64,000 nt of DNA, taken from NCBI GenBank assembly GCA_951812955.1, contig OX638340.1:1440001-1504000 (forward strand). The letters are read 5' to 3'. Origin of the DNA: an uncultured Gemmatimonadota bacterium. GTDB lineage: Bacteria > JAAXHH01. Below are positions 1-9,207 of this stretch, in pieces. Made by a program: the position numbers and the translations under genes. The number at the start of each line of letters is the position of its first letter. The stretch's first letter is position 1. The notes below the pieces were generated by a model. It made no database searches and was not told where the DNA came from. It saw only the letters and a list, made by a program, of their open reading frames with translations.

Positions 1-1323
1 CGTCCTATCCTGATCGGGACGACCTCCGTCGACGCATCGGAGACGCTGAGCCGCATGCTGAAGCGGCGGGGGATAAAGCACAACGTGCTGAACGCCAAGT
101 TCCACCAGCAGGAGGCCGAGATCATCGCGAAGGCCGGGCAACCCGGCTCCGTGACCATCGCCACGAACATGGCGGGCCGGGGAACCGACATCAAGCTCGG
201 TACGGGTGTGGTGGATACCGGCGGGCTGCACATCGTCGGGACCGAACGCCATGAAGCCCGGCGAATCGACCGCCAGCTTCGCGGACGCTCCGGACGCCAG
301 GGTGACCCGGGGTCCTCGCGTTTCTACCTATCGCTGGAGGATGACCTGATGCGGCTCTTCGGCTCCGAGCGCATCGCCTCGGTCATGGACCGTCTGAAGA
401 TACCGGACGGGGAGGTGATCGAGCACTCCATGGTGACCCGGTCCATCGAACGGGCCCAGAAGCGTGTGGAGGCCCAGCACTTCGACATGCGTAAGCACGT
501 GCTCGAGTACGACAACGTCATGAACCAGCAGCGCGAAGCCGTGTACGATCGCCGGCTGCACGCCCTGGAGCGGAAAGACCTCAGGAACGACGTGATCGAA
601 ATGATCCGCGGGGTGGCGGAACGGAAGGTGGAAGAATACACCGATCCCAAGACGTATCCCGAGGACTGGGACCTGGACGGGTTGAGCGGCGACCTCGCCC
701 GGAACTTCCACGTCGCCGTGGCCGTGGCCGAAGAGGAAATGGCCGATCTGAACGTGGAATCGCTGGTGGAACTGGTCAACGAGAAGATGCTCGAATCCTA
801 CGAGCGGAAAGAAAAGGCGCTGGCGCCTTCGCCCGAGCTGATGCGCGACCTGGAGCGGTTCGCCACCCTGCACGTCATCGACAACGCCTGGCAGGAGCAC
901 CTGTACGAAATAGACCGGATGCGGGAGGGCATCGGCCTGCGCGCGTACGGCCAGCTCGATCCCCTGATCCAGTACAAGAAGGAAGCCTACGCCATGTTCG
1001 AGGAGTTGTGGGACCGGCTGGACGAGGAGATCGTCAAGACCGTCTTCAACGCCGAACTTGCCGAGTCCCGCATGCCGCGCCAGGAAACCCCGACCAACAT
1101 GCGGACGATCCACCAGGAAGCACCGGCCATGGCCGGCATGGCCGCGGAAGATCCCGATACGGGCGGCGCCGTCCAGCGGGGTGGAAGGCGCGACGCGGCT
1201 TCGGACGGGAGCTCATCCCGGTCGCGGCCCGTCAAGGCCGAACAGAAGATCGGCCGCAACGCACCCTGTCCATGTGGGAGCGGCAAGAAGTACAAGAAGT
1301 GCTGCGGGGCGGGCATCGCCTGA
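1..1323 (+). CDS. secA: Preprotein translocase SecA, C-terminal part (5' end outside window)
   Basis: In frame from base 1; SecA helical scaffold/wing motifs and C-terminal zinc finger CPCGSGKKYKKCCG; stop at 1321-1323. Confidence 0.95.
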   Translation, partial: RPILIGTTSVDASETLSRMLKRRGIKHNVLNAKFHQQEAEIIAKAGQPGSVTIATNMAGRGTDIKLGTGVVDTGGLHIVGTERHEARRIDRQLRGRSGRQGDPGSSRFYLSLEDDLMRLFGSERIASVMDRLKIPDGEVIEHSMVTRSIERAQKRVEAQHFDMRKHVLEYDNVMNQQREAVYDRRLHALERKDLRNDVIEMIRGVAERKVEEYTDPKTYPEDWDLDGLSGDLARNFHVAVAVAEEEMADLNVESLVELVNEKMLESYERKEKALAPSPELMRDLERFATLHVIDNAWQEHLYEIDRMREGIGLRAYGQLDPLIQYKKEAYAMFEELWDRLDEEIVKTVFNAELAESRMPRQETPTNMRTIHQEAPAMAGMAAEDPDTGGAVQRGGRRDAASDGSSSRSRPVKAEQKIGRNAPCPCGSGKKYKKCCGAGIA

Positions 1324-1331
1324 GGTGCTCT

Positions 1332-1416
1332 GACCAAAGCCGTCCGTAGCCCAGATCGCACCTGTCAGATCGCACCTGCCCGGCCATACCTGTCGGACCA
1401 AAGCCGTCCGTAGCCC
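1332..1416. repeat. Intergenic direct repeats: 21-bp gaccaaagccgtccgtagccc x2 (1332-1352, 1396-1416) flanking tandem cagatcgcacctg x2 (1352-1378)
   Basis: Read directly in the convergent secA / ABC-ATPase intergenic region. Confidence 0.8.
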
Positions 1417-1482
1417 CGACTGCCACATATCCCCTCAATCGCATCTGCCCGAACGCACCTGCCGGTTTACCGGGATGCCGGC

Positions 1483-2259
1483 CTATTCCTCCTCGGCGCC
1501 GATCTGGCCCAGATCCAGGTCCAATTCCTCGCGGCGCTGGTTCTTGGTGATCCTTCCGTCCTGTACCCACAGGATACGGTCCGAGACGTCCAGCATCTTC
1601 AGATCGTGGGTAGCGGAAATGATCGTGACCTGTTTTTCCTGGTTCAGTTCCCGTAACAATTCGATGATCTCCCGGCCCGTCTTGCGATCCAGGTTCCCCG
1701 TGGGCTCGTCCGCGAGGACGATGGCCGGATCGTTGGCCAGGGCGCGGGCCACGGCAACGCGCTGCTGCTGGCCGCCTGACAGTTCCAGCGGCTTGTGCTG
1801 GACCCGTTCTCCGAGGCCCACCAGCGACAGCAGGTCGACGCCCTTGTCGATCGCCTCGTCCGTCGCCAGGCCAGCGAAAATCATCGGCAGGGTGACGTTT
1901 TCGAGGGCGGTCATGACCGGAATCAGGTTAAAGGTCTGGAAGATGTAACCGATCTTGCGGCACCGCAGCCAGGCCAGTTCATAGGCGTCCAGCTGGGCGA
2001 CGTCGACCTCGTCGATATAGACCTTGCCCTCTGTGGGCTTGTCCAGTGCGCCGATCATGTTGAACAGAGTGGACTTACCCGAACCGGACGGACCCATGAT
2101 GGAGATGTACTCCCCGCGCTGCACCTCCATATCGATGCCTTTGAGCGCTTCCAGCGAAAGCTTGCCCATTTCATACACACGCTTTACGCCCCGCGTGCGT
2201 ACGATATTCTGTGTTGCGGTGTACTGCGCGTCCACTACCGCGGTCTGCTCTTCTGTCAT
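1483..2259 (-). CDS. ABC transporter ATP-binding protein (LolD/MacB-type)
   Basis: Walker A GPSGSGKST, signature LSGGQQQRVAVARAL, Walker B ILADEPT; ATG with AAAGGGG SD. Confidence 0.9.
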   Translation of the reverse strand: MTEEQTAVVDAQYTATQNIVRTRGVKRVYEMGKLSLEALKGIDMEVQRGEYISIMGPSGSGKSTLFNMIGALDKPTEGKVYIDEVDVAQLDAYELAWLRCRKIGYIFQTFNLIPVMTALENVTLPMIFAGLATDEAIDKGVDLLSLVGLGERVQHKPLELSGGQQQRVAVARALANDPAIVLADEPTGNLDRKTGREIIELLRELNQEKQVTIISATHDLKMLDVSDRILWVQDGRITKNQRREELDLDLGQIGAEEE

Positions 2260-2329
2260 TTCCCGCCCCTTTCAGGTTGCTTTCAAACTGCTTACGATCC
2301 TGCATGGTATTCCGGGTGTGTTCCGAGTG

Positions 2330-2992
2330 TCAGACCTCCGTGCGCATGGCGTCGGCCGGAGGCATCTGGGATGCCCGGTACGCGGGGTACAGCGCTCCGA
2401 TGATGGCGAGACCCAGCCCGGCCCCCAACGAATACAGGCCACTCCACGCCACATCCGCCACGGGAAAGAGCACCAGAGGGTCCCATCCGTAGGAGGTCAT
2501 CATCGAAATCAGCATGAAAAGGCAACCCAGTATGACCCCGCCCACCGATCCGACCAGTCCCTGGAAGGTGGACTCCAGCACGAACAGCTGAATGATGAAC
2601 TTGTCCAGGGCCCCAAGGCATTTCATGGTCCCGATCTCACGGTATCTTTCGGTCACCGACATCAGCATGGCGTTCGTGATGCCGACGACGCACACCAGCA
2701 GCGAGAGGGAAACGAGCCATACCTGCTGAGTCGCCGAATCGCCGTCCGCACCTTTCTGTTCCAGCAGTGCGCGGACCTGGGGGGAACCGCTATCCACCAG
2801 CGCTTCATTGATGGATGCTCCAGTCAGAATGGACATGAGAAAGGCGATGCCGAAAAAGATCCCACCGATCGTGATAAGCGACCGCCAGAACCTTATCTTC
2901 AGGCTGCGGAAACTGATCTCGATCGCCTTGGACAAGGGCAGTGATATTTGTTTCTCCGTCGTTCCGGCCGTCGCGGCCGATTCCGTCGTCAT
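2330..2992 (-). CDS. ABC transporter permease, minimal FtsX-like family (220 aa)
   Basis: N-terminal TM helix plus C-terminal FtsX-type 3-TM bundle; ATG overlaps upstream stop as ATGA. Confidence 0.8.
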   Translation of the reverse strand: MTTESAATAGTTEKQISLPLSKAIEISFRSLKIRFWRSLITIGGIFFGIAFLMSILTGASINEALVDSGSPQVRALLEQKGADGDSATQQVWLVSLSLLVCVVGITNAMLMSVTERYREIGTMKCLGALDKFIIQLFVLESTFQGLVGSVGGVILGCLFMLISMMTSYGWDPLVLFPVADVAWSGLYSLGAGLGLAIIGALYPAYRASQMPPADAMRTEV

Positions 2993-3453
2993 GCGTTTCT
3001 ATCTCCTTTTCTGTTTGCCACGGCCAGTCCGATCAAGCCCTTCTCCGTGAGTTGTTTCAGGTACGTCAGCGTGGAGACTTCCGCTTCCTTGCGTTCCAGT
3101 TTGTATTCGGTCCGGATTGTAGATATGACGTGGTCCACCGTATTCTGCCCATCGCAGAGCCCCCAGAGGAAGGACCCAATGCGGTCCAACACAACCGTTC
3201 GCCGGCTCGGTACGTAAAAAAACCGGGACATGCTGTTGATCCACCAGGTCTTTCTCCTCGGGATCCCCAGTACGATTTCCCCGTCGGAGTTTTCTTCGCA
3301 GGTCAGTCTTTCGTTGCGTACCGGCTTTGCGCGCAACAAATCCCTGCGGGGCAAAGGGGACTGTTTCTTACGAAAGAACTGCATGGTTATGACCCGTGGG
3401 AAAGATCCCGGCAATGAACTAGGGATGCGCACATCCCGTGATATCAATGGCAA
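2989..3453 (-). CDS. PqqD-family protein (RiPP recognition element-like)
   Basis: PqqD-like core DGEIVLG...NSMSRFFYV...LDRIGSFLWGLCDGQNTVDHVISTI...KQLTEKGLI; start codon uncertain (TTG 3453, GTG 3432 or ATG 3384). Confidence 0.7.
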   Translation of the reverse strand: MPLISRDVRIPSSLPGSFPRVITMQFFRKKQSPLPRRDLLRAKPVRNERLTCEENSDGEIVLGIPRRKTWWINSMSRFFYVPSRRTVVLDRIGSFLWGLCDGQNTVDHVISTIRTEYKLERKEAEVSTLTYLKQLTEKGLIGLAVANRKGDRNA

Positions 3454-4388
3454 ATCACCGTGCCAGCTATACCGTCCAGGTAATCGGGCCGGAGCTTCTC
3501 GTCCAGGTGCCGCAACACGAATATCTTATTGCCATCGATACAATGCCAGCTGCAACAACTCAATGGTTTTTTTCGGGACCGCCGCCACGGCAGCCAGGTC
3601 ATGCGAGTGTGCACCGTCTCGGGATCCACGCCTTCGCCCGTTCCCCGGATGGACGGATGGCCGTGATAGGATCCGGCTCCGTCAGTCCAGTGGTCGATCT
3701 CGTTTCCGTAAGTGGCCTGGAACCAATCCGGGAAGGTACGGTTCTCCAGATGCATTTCGGCGAGGCTCATCCTCACCAGTTCCAATCTGGCGCTACCGAG
3801 CTGGAAAGTCAACTCGATACGGCCCGTCAGAAAGGAATGCTGCACGAGTGCGTAGTCGGACGGGAGCTCTATGTGCAGCCCGTAAACCGCCCAGGTGGCG
3901 TTGTCGCCGCGCGCGTGGTCGTCCAGGGTATTCAGCAACCTCGAGGCCCGGGTCATCATGGATTCTCCCCCGCGCCCGAGGACCTGGGCGAAGACCGTGC
4001 GCCCGCAGGTTTCGCACATCCACAGGCAACCATAGGCCTGCAAGGGATCCGGCCCTTCCGTCCGCCAGTGGAACCCCTCCACCGTCCTGTCCGCCAGCGC
4101 GGACTCCGCCTTGATGAGCCCCAGGTCCCGCCGGACCTTCACGGGAGGCCCCTTCTTTCCGGCCTTTCCCGTGATGTTCTTAAGATATCTCGAGACAACC
4201 TGGTCGACGGGTTCCCGCCCCCGGGTGCGCTCCCACCTCAGTTCGAAACGCGGCATTTCCGTATCGTCGAGCCGCAGGTAACCCGATGAATGATCTCCCG
4301 TTACCGCGCCGATGCTCCAATCTTCCGGCCGCTCGAACGACAGGTGATGCCAGCCGGTGACCGCCCATTTCGATGCGACTCGATTCAT
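3444..4388 (-). CDS. Hypothetical Cys-rich protein (about 315 aa; CxxC and CCxxHC motifs)
   Basis: Long ORF in a packed operon; ATG at 4388 overlaps pgsA stop (ATGA); no family recognised; ORF-track start at 4655 would overlap pgsA and is rejected. Confidence 0.55.
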   Translation of the reverse strand: MNRVASKWAVTGWHHLSFERPEDWSIGAVTGDHSSGYLRLDDTEMPRFELRWERTRGREPVDQVVSRYLKNITGKAGKKGPPVKVRRDLGLIKAESALADRTVEGFHWRTEGPDPLQAYGCLWMCETCGRTVFAQVLGRGGESMMTRASRLLNTLDDHARGDNATWAVYGLHIELPSDYALVQHSFLTGRIELTFQLGSARLELVRMSLAEMHLENRTFPDWFQATYGNEIDHWTDGAGSYHGHPSIRGTGEGVDPETVHTRMTWLPWRRSRKKPLSCCSWHCIDGNKIFVLRHLDEKLRPDYLDGIAGTVICH

Positions 4389-4951
4389 GTGTACGAACGC
4401 TCCCGGATGAGCCGCGCGAAACCAAGGACGTAATGGATGCCCGACCCGGCGACGCAGCAGAGGGCTGCCCAGAGCGCCCACGCTCCGTAGGGCTGCCAGT
4501 CCACGGCATAAAGAATGAGGGCGCTGCCCATGGCCAGCGTGGTCAATTTGCCGATCCGGTCGGCCGGCAGGACCACGTTGCCCGGTCTGAAGTAAAGATA
4601 CGCGCCCGCGCCCAGAATGGACAGGTCGCGGGCGATGATCAACGCGGCCGCCCACAGTGGGAAGTCCCGATACAGCACCAGGAAGACCGACAGGCTACCG
4701 ACCAGGATCTTGTCGGCCAGCGGGTCGAGGACAAGCCCCCATTTGCTTTCCCAGCGGAAGCGGCGCGCCAGGAAACCATCGGCCGCGTCCGTCAGAAAGG
4801 CGCAGCCGATGAGCGCGTAGAGAGCCAACTGCGCATCCCCTGCGAAACCCCAGTAAATGAACGGAACAGCGGCTATGCGTGAGAGGGACAGGATGTTTGG
4901 CGGCGACCAGAACCCTCGCGCCCTTCCGCTCCGTCCGGTATTCGGGCTCAT
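4385..4951 (-). CDS. pgsA: CDP-diacylglycerol--glycerol-3-phosphate 3-phosphatidyltransferase (CDP-alcohol phosphatidyltransferase)
   Basis: Motif DAADGFLAR...GLVLDPLADK; multi-TM; ATG with AAGGA SD. Confidence 0.85.
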   Translation of the reverse strand: MSPNTGRSGRARGFWSPPNILSLSRIAAVPFIYWGFAGDAQLALYALIGCAFLTDAADGFLARRFRWESKWGLVLDPLADKILVGSLSVFLVLYRDFPLWAAALIIARDLSILGAGAYLYFRPGNVVLPADRIGKLTTLAMGSALILYAVDWQPYGAWALWAALCCVAGSGIHYVLGFARLIRERSYT

Positions 4952-4970
4952 GCCGCCGTCCTTCGCGAGC

Positions 4971-6680
4971 TCACACGGCCGCCGTGCGCCGAAGCATCTC
5001 GCGTGCGTGCGAGATGGCCATGGCGTCCACTGTCTCCCCGGCCAGCATGCGCGCGATCTCCCGGATCCTGCCGTCCTCGTCCAGATGATCGACCAGCGTG
5101 ACCGACCGGCCGCGAGCCGACTGCTTGTGCACGGTAAAATGCGTACGGCCCCAGCAGGCCACCTGGTGGAGATGGGTGATGCAAAGCACCTGGTGGTCCC
5201 GGGACAGCAGCTTTAACCGGTGCCCGACCGATTCGGCGATGCGTCCACCGATGCCGATGTCCAACTCGTCGAATACCAGCGTCGGCATTCGGTCCGATTC
5301 GGCCAGAATCACCTTGAGCGCCAGCATGATGCGCGAGATCTCCCCGCCGGACGCGATGTTCGCCAACGGTTTCAGGTCCTCGCCGGAATTGGGCGATATC
5401 AGGAATTCGATCCGATCTATCCCGTGGGCGTCGACGCTGTAGCCGCGCCCGTCGATCCGCAAGGGACCTTCTTCGGCTTCCCGCCATTCGATACCGACAC
5501 GGAATCCCGTCTTCTCCATGCCCAGTTCCGCCAGTTCCGCAATCACCCTTTTCTCCAGCCTGCTCGCCACCTGTTTACGCCGGTCCGACAGGGTTTTCGC
5601 CCGTTCGGCCAGTTCTTCGCGGGCCGCTTCCACCTCCGAGCGCAAACTGCTTCGATGCTCGCCGGCCGTGTCCATCTGTTCCAGTTCTCCGGCGATACGG
5701 CCACGGTAGGCCAGGACTTCCTCGATCGTGGCGCCGTACTTGCGTTTGAGCCGACCGAGAAGGTCAAGGCGGTCCAATACCTCTTCCAGGCGCGCCGGGT
5801 TGTAGTCCACGCGGTCGCGGTAGCGCCGAAGGAAGTCGGCACAGTCGTCTAGATGGTAGCGCGCGCTCCGAATACCCTCGAGGGCCTCGCCGAGTGCGGG
5901 GTCTATGCGCTCCGCTTCCTCCAGCGAACGGATGACCCGGACCAATCCGTCGACCAGGGCGCCTTCCCCTTCAGAGAGCGCCTCGGAAGCGTCGGATGCG
6001 ATCTGGACCAACTGTTCAGCGTGCTCGAGGACGGACCGCTCCCTTTCGAGTTCTTCGTCTTCTCCCGGGGACAATTCAGCCTGGTCGAGCTCTTCCAGCT
6101 GAAAGCGGTAGAGATCTTCCCTTTCCCGGGTGGCGGCGAGACTGTCTTCCATCCGCCGCAGGGCTTCCGACCGCTCGGTGAAAAGGTGGTAGGCCTCGGC
6201 GACCCGTTGCTTCGGCGCTCGGACGTCCTCGTAACCGTCCAGAAAGTCCCGGTGCGTCCGCGGATTCAGCAGCGACTGGTGATCGTGCTGTCCGTGCAGA
6301 TCCACCAGCAGGACGCCCAGTTTCCTGAGAACGGAAACGGTGACCAGGCTGCCGTTTATCGTGCACCGGTTGCGGCCGTCGCGGGCCACCTCCCGTCGGA
6401 TGATCAGCATGCCTTCTTCCGGGTCCACGCCGATTTCCACCAGCAGGGCCTGCAACTGCGCGTCGTGCTCCCCTTCGAACAGCCCCTCGACGATGGCGGT
6501 CCGTGTGCCGCCGCGTATGGACTCGGACGCGGCCCTGTCGCCCAGAATGAGGCCCAGCGCGCCGATCAGGATGGACTTGCCGGATCCGGTTTCACCCGTG
6601 AGCACGTTCAGTCCGGAGGTGAACTCGATGTCCACCTCGTCCAGCAGCGCGTAGTTTCTGACCCTCAAGTTCGCGAGCAT
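4971..6680 (-). CDS. recN: DNA repair protein RecN
   Basis: N-term MLANLRVRNYALLDEVDIEF...GETGSGKS, coiled coil, C-terminal SMC-like signature; ATG 6680 preferred over TTG 6689. Confidence 0.92.
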   Translation of the reverse strand: MLANLRVRNYALLDEVDIEFTSGLNVLTGETGSGKSILIGALGLILGDRAASESIRGGTRTAIVEGLFEGEHDAQLQALLVEIGVDPEEGMLIIRREVARDGRNRCTINGSLVTVSVLRKLGVLLVDLHGQHDHQSLLNPRTHRDFLDGYEDVRAPKQRVAEAYHLFTERSEALRRMEDSLAATREREDLYRFQLEELDQAELSPGEDEELERERSVLEHAEQLVQIASDASEALSEGEGALVDGLVRVIRSLEEAERIDPALGEALEGIRSARYHLDDCADFLRRYRDRVDYNPARLEEVLDRLDLLGRLKRKYGATIEEVLAYRGRIAGELEQMDTAGEHRSSLRSEVEAAREELAERAKTLSDRRKQVASRLEKRVIAELAELGMEKTGFRVGIEWREAEEGPLRIDGRGYSVDAHGIDRIEFLISPNSGEDLKPLANIASGGEISRIMLALKVILAESDRMPTLVFDELDIGIGGRIAESVGHRLKLLSRDHQVLCITHLHQVACWGRTHFTVHKQSARGRSVTLVDHLDEDGRIREIARMLAGETVDAMAISHAREMLRRTAAV

Positions 6681-6810
6681 AGGCTGCAAAATGAACGGCG
6701 AGACCGGGTGGGACCGAACGGGCCGGATGGACCGTGCAGAACCGGACGGGACCAGGCGCGGCCGGGTGCCGCCGGACGCGGCCGGGAAGGCCCGCTGATT
6801 CCCGGGGTCT

Positions 6811-7698
6811 TCAGCGTTCTCCCCATTTCAGTTTCGTACGCAGGACGTCGTAAAAGGACCGATCCGAAAAACGGATCAGGTGTATGGTGTGGTCCGCCCG
6901 GTAAAGCTCGACGGTGCTGCCCGGCTGGATGACCACGTTTTCCTGGCCGTCCACGGTGAGCAGGAGATCAGGATGATCGGCCGTGACTTCGATCCGTACG
7001 CGGTCCCGCGCCGCGAGCACCATGGCCCGGTTGGACAGGGTGTGCGGACAGATGGGCGATACGACGATCGCTTCCATACCGGGCGCCAGAATCGGCCCGC
7101 CCGCCGCCAGCGAATAGGCCGTGGACCCGGTCGGCGTCGATACGATGAGCCCGTCCGCCATGACGTCGTTGACGTATTCGTCGTTGACGTAGATGCCCAG
7201 TTCGATGACCCGGCATATTGATCCCTTGTCGATCACGATATCGTTCAATGCCGAAAACACGCCGGCCGCCGCCGCGTCCCCCGGGGTTCCGTTACCGATC
7301 CGACCTTGCAGGACCAGCCGCTTGTCCAGCGAGTATTGCCCGTCGAATACCTGTTCGATGGCTTCGTCCAGTTCGCCGGGCGTCGTCTGCATCATGAAAC
7401 CGAGCTTACCGGAATTGACGCCGAGAATGGGCGTTCCGGAAGCGCCGACCAGACGGGCGGTCTTGAGCAGCGTACCGTCCCCGCCTATGGCGATGACCCA
7501 GTCGACGTCCTTCACGGCGAGTTCGTCCGAATCGACGATCACGCACGCCCGGCGGCCGGTCTCATCTCTGACCATGGCCGCAAGGCCGGCCGCGAGCGAT
7601 GGTTTTCCGGACCGTGACGAGAGCAGCCGCACAAGCTCGGGGATCAGGTGGCTGACCACGGGGCGGGCCGGATTGGCGATGATGCCCACGCGATGCAT
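6811..7698 (-). CDS. nadK: NAD(+) kinase
   Basis: GGDGTLL motif, NAD kinase fold; ATG overlaps ispA-like stop (TGATG). Confidence 0.9.
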   Translation of the reverse strand: MHRVGIIANPARPVVSHLIPELVRLLSSRSGKPSLAAGLAAMVRDETGRRACVIVDSDELAVKDVDWVIAIGGDGTLLKTARLVGASGTPILGVNSGKLGFMMQTTPGELDEAIEQVFDGQYSLDKRLVLQGRIGNGTPGDAAAAGVFSALNDIVIDKGSICRVIELGIYVNDEYVNDVMADGLIVSTPTGSTAYSLAAGGPILAPGMEAIVVSPICPHTLSNRAMVLAARDRVRIEVTADHPDLLLTVDGQENVVIQPGSTVELYRADHTIHLIRFSDRSFYDVLRTKLKWGER

Positions 7699-8849
7699 CA
7701 GAAGGACCTTCCGATCAGGAATTCTGCCCAGTTGACCAGGTATTCCTTGTAAGTGGAACCGGGAACGTCATCGAGATTCCGAATGGCGTCGGCCACCCGT
7801 CGCTCCATGAGCGACCGGGCGTGTTCGAGGCCGCCATGGGCCAGGATGAGGTCGCGCACCTCCGCGATCTGCTCTTCGGTCGCCCCCGGTTTTCCAACCA
7901 CGTCGAGCAGGAACCGCCTTTCGGCGGCCGAAGCCTTGTGGTACGTATGGACGAGCAGCAGGGTTCGTTTCCCTTCCCTCAAGTCGGAGCACACCGGTTT
8001 GCCCAGGGTGGCCTCGTCGGCCGTGAGACCCAGGATGTCGTCCTGCAGCTGGAAGGCCACGCCGCATTCGCCGGTGAAGGATGAAATCGCCCGAACCATG
8101 GGATGGGTCCGGTCCGGCGTATTCAGGCCGATCATCGCGCCGGCGGCACCCGCGAACGCGTAGAGCGCGCCGGTCTTGCGCCAGAACATATCGATAACGG
8201 ACGCTTCGTCCAGGCTGTCCATGGGCGCCTTGGCATACTGAATATCCAGCGCCTGCCCACCCACGAGGGCCAGGAGCACATCCGTTTCCAGGTAACGGAT
8301 CAGTTCGATTACCATCGCTCCATTGTCCGCGTCCGCATCGTACAGTTCGGACAGGAGAGCGGTGGCCCACCCGTGCTGCACCTCGCCTGTCATGATCCCG
8401 ATGCAAATGCCGTAGTGGGCGGCTTCCCTCTCGTCGAAAGCCTCCGTGGCCAGCGCGCGTCTTCGGAACGCTTCGTGGACGGTGGGCGTGCCGCGCCGCA
8501 ACGTGTCCCGGTCCATGATGTCGTCATGGACGATGGTCCAGGTGTGGAAAAGTTCCACGGCGACCGCAGCGGGCGTTGCGGCATGCTCCTCGCCGCCTAC
8601 AGCGCCGCAGGAGAAATACAGCACGCAGGGACGGAGGACTTTGCCGGATGCTCTCAGGTAGCTGAACACCCCGTCATGGATATCCGCCGGTACGAAGAGT
8701 GCTTTCCGGCGGTCCCGTTCCAGGTATTCTCGCACCCATTCCTTACGCACGGCCAGCGCTTCGAGGAAGCCCTGCTTCCCCGGGGTCTCGGTCATATGTA
8801 ACACCAGGCTGTGACGGTTCGTCGGCAATTCTCGCGGTGTTGCCGGCAT
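7698..8849 (-). CDS. ispA: Polyprenyl diphosphate synthase (FPP/GGPP synthase family)
   Basis: Second Asp-rich motif FQLQDDILG and first DDxxD region; N-terminus probably shorter (internal ATG 8798). Confidence 0.85.
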   Translation of the reverse strand: MPATPRELPTNRHSLVLHMTETPGKQGFLEALAVRKEWVREYLERDRRKALFVPADIHDGVFSYLRASGKVLRPCVLYFSCGAVGGEEHAATPAAVAVELFHTWTIVHDDIMDRDTLRRGTPTVHEAFRRRALATEAFDEREAAHYGICIGIMTGEVQHGWATALLSELYDADADNGAMVIELIRYLETDVLLALVGGQALDIQYAKAPMDSLDEASVIDMFWRKTGALYAFAGAAGAMIGLNTPDRTHPMVRAISSFTGECGVAFQLQDDILGLTADEATLGKPVCSDLREGKRTLLLVHTYHKASAAERRFLLDVVGKPGATEEQIAEVRDLILAHGGLEHARSLMERRVADAIRNLDDVPGSTYKEYLVNWAEFLIGRSF

Positions 8850-8923
8850 GTGGACCGCGGAGGTACGGTCCCTCGCGAGCGGGACACCCGAACCGGCGGT
8901 AACGCTCCAAGGGACGTCGGAAT

Positions 8924-9190
8924 CTAAAACGACAGATCGTCACCCTGGCTGGCCGGCGGTTCCGGCTCGAGGGGTTCGATGACGAACCGGCCGTTCTCCA
9001 CCCGGACCAGCTTGCGCACGTGCTCGTCCGCCGCATTCAGCTGGCGAGTGCAGATCCGGGAAAGTTCGATGCCCTCCTGGAAAAGAGCGAGTGATTCATC
9101 CAGCGGAAGATCGCCCTGTTCCATGCGTTCAACGATTTGCTCGAGGCGCTTAAGCGCTTCCTCGAAAGTCGGTTTTTCGTGCTCGTTCAT
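8924..9190 (-). CDS. xseB: Exodeoxyribonuclease VII small subunit
   Basis: 88-aa helical protein FEEALKRLEQIVERMEQGDLPLDESL; directly downstream of xseA. Confidence 0.9.
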   Translation of the reverse strand: MNEHEKPTFEEALKRLEQIVERMEQGDLPLDESLALFQEGIELSRICTRQLNAADEHVRKLVRVENGRFVIEPLEPEPPASQGDDLSF

Positions 9191-9207
9191 TTTAGGTATC
9201 CAAACGG

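Noticed and set aside
328-1113. Long antisense ORFs inside secA and similar reverse-strand ORFs throughout the window (for example 17633-19594 +, 22608-24098 -, 39402-40601 +, 58099-59436 +, 36411-37658 +)
   Set aside because: In 65%-GC DNA, stop codons are rare in non-coding frames. Each of these lies entirely inside a strongly supported gene on the other strand and has no SD or recognisable domain.
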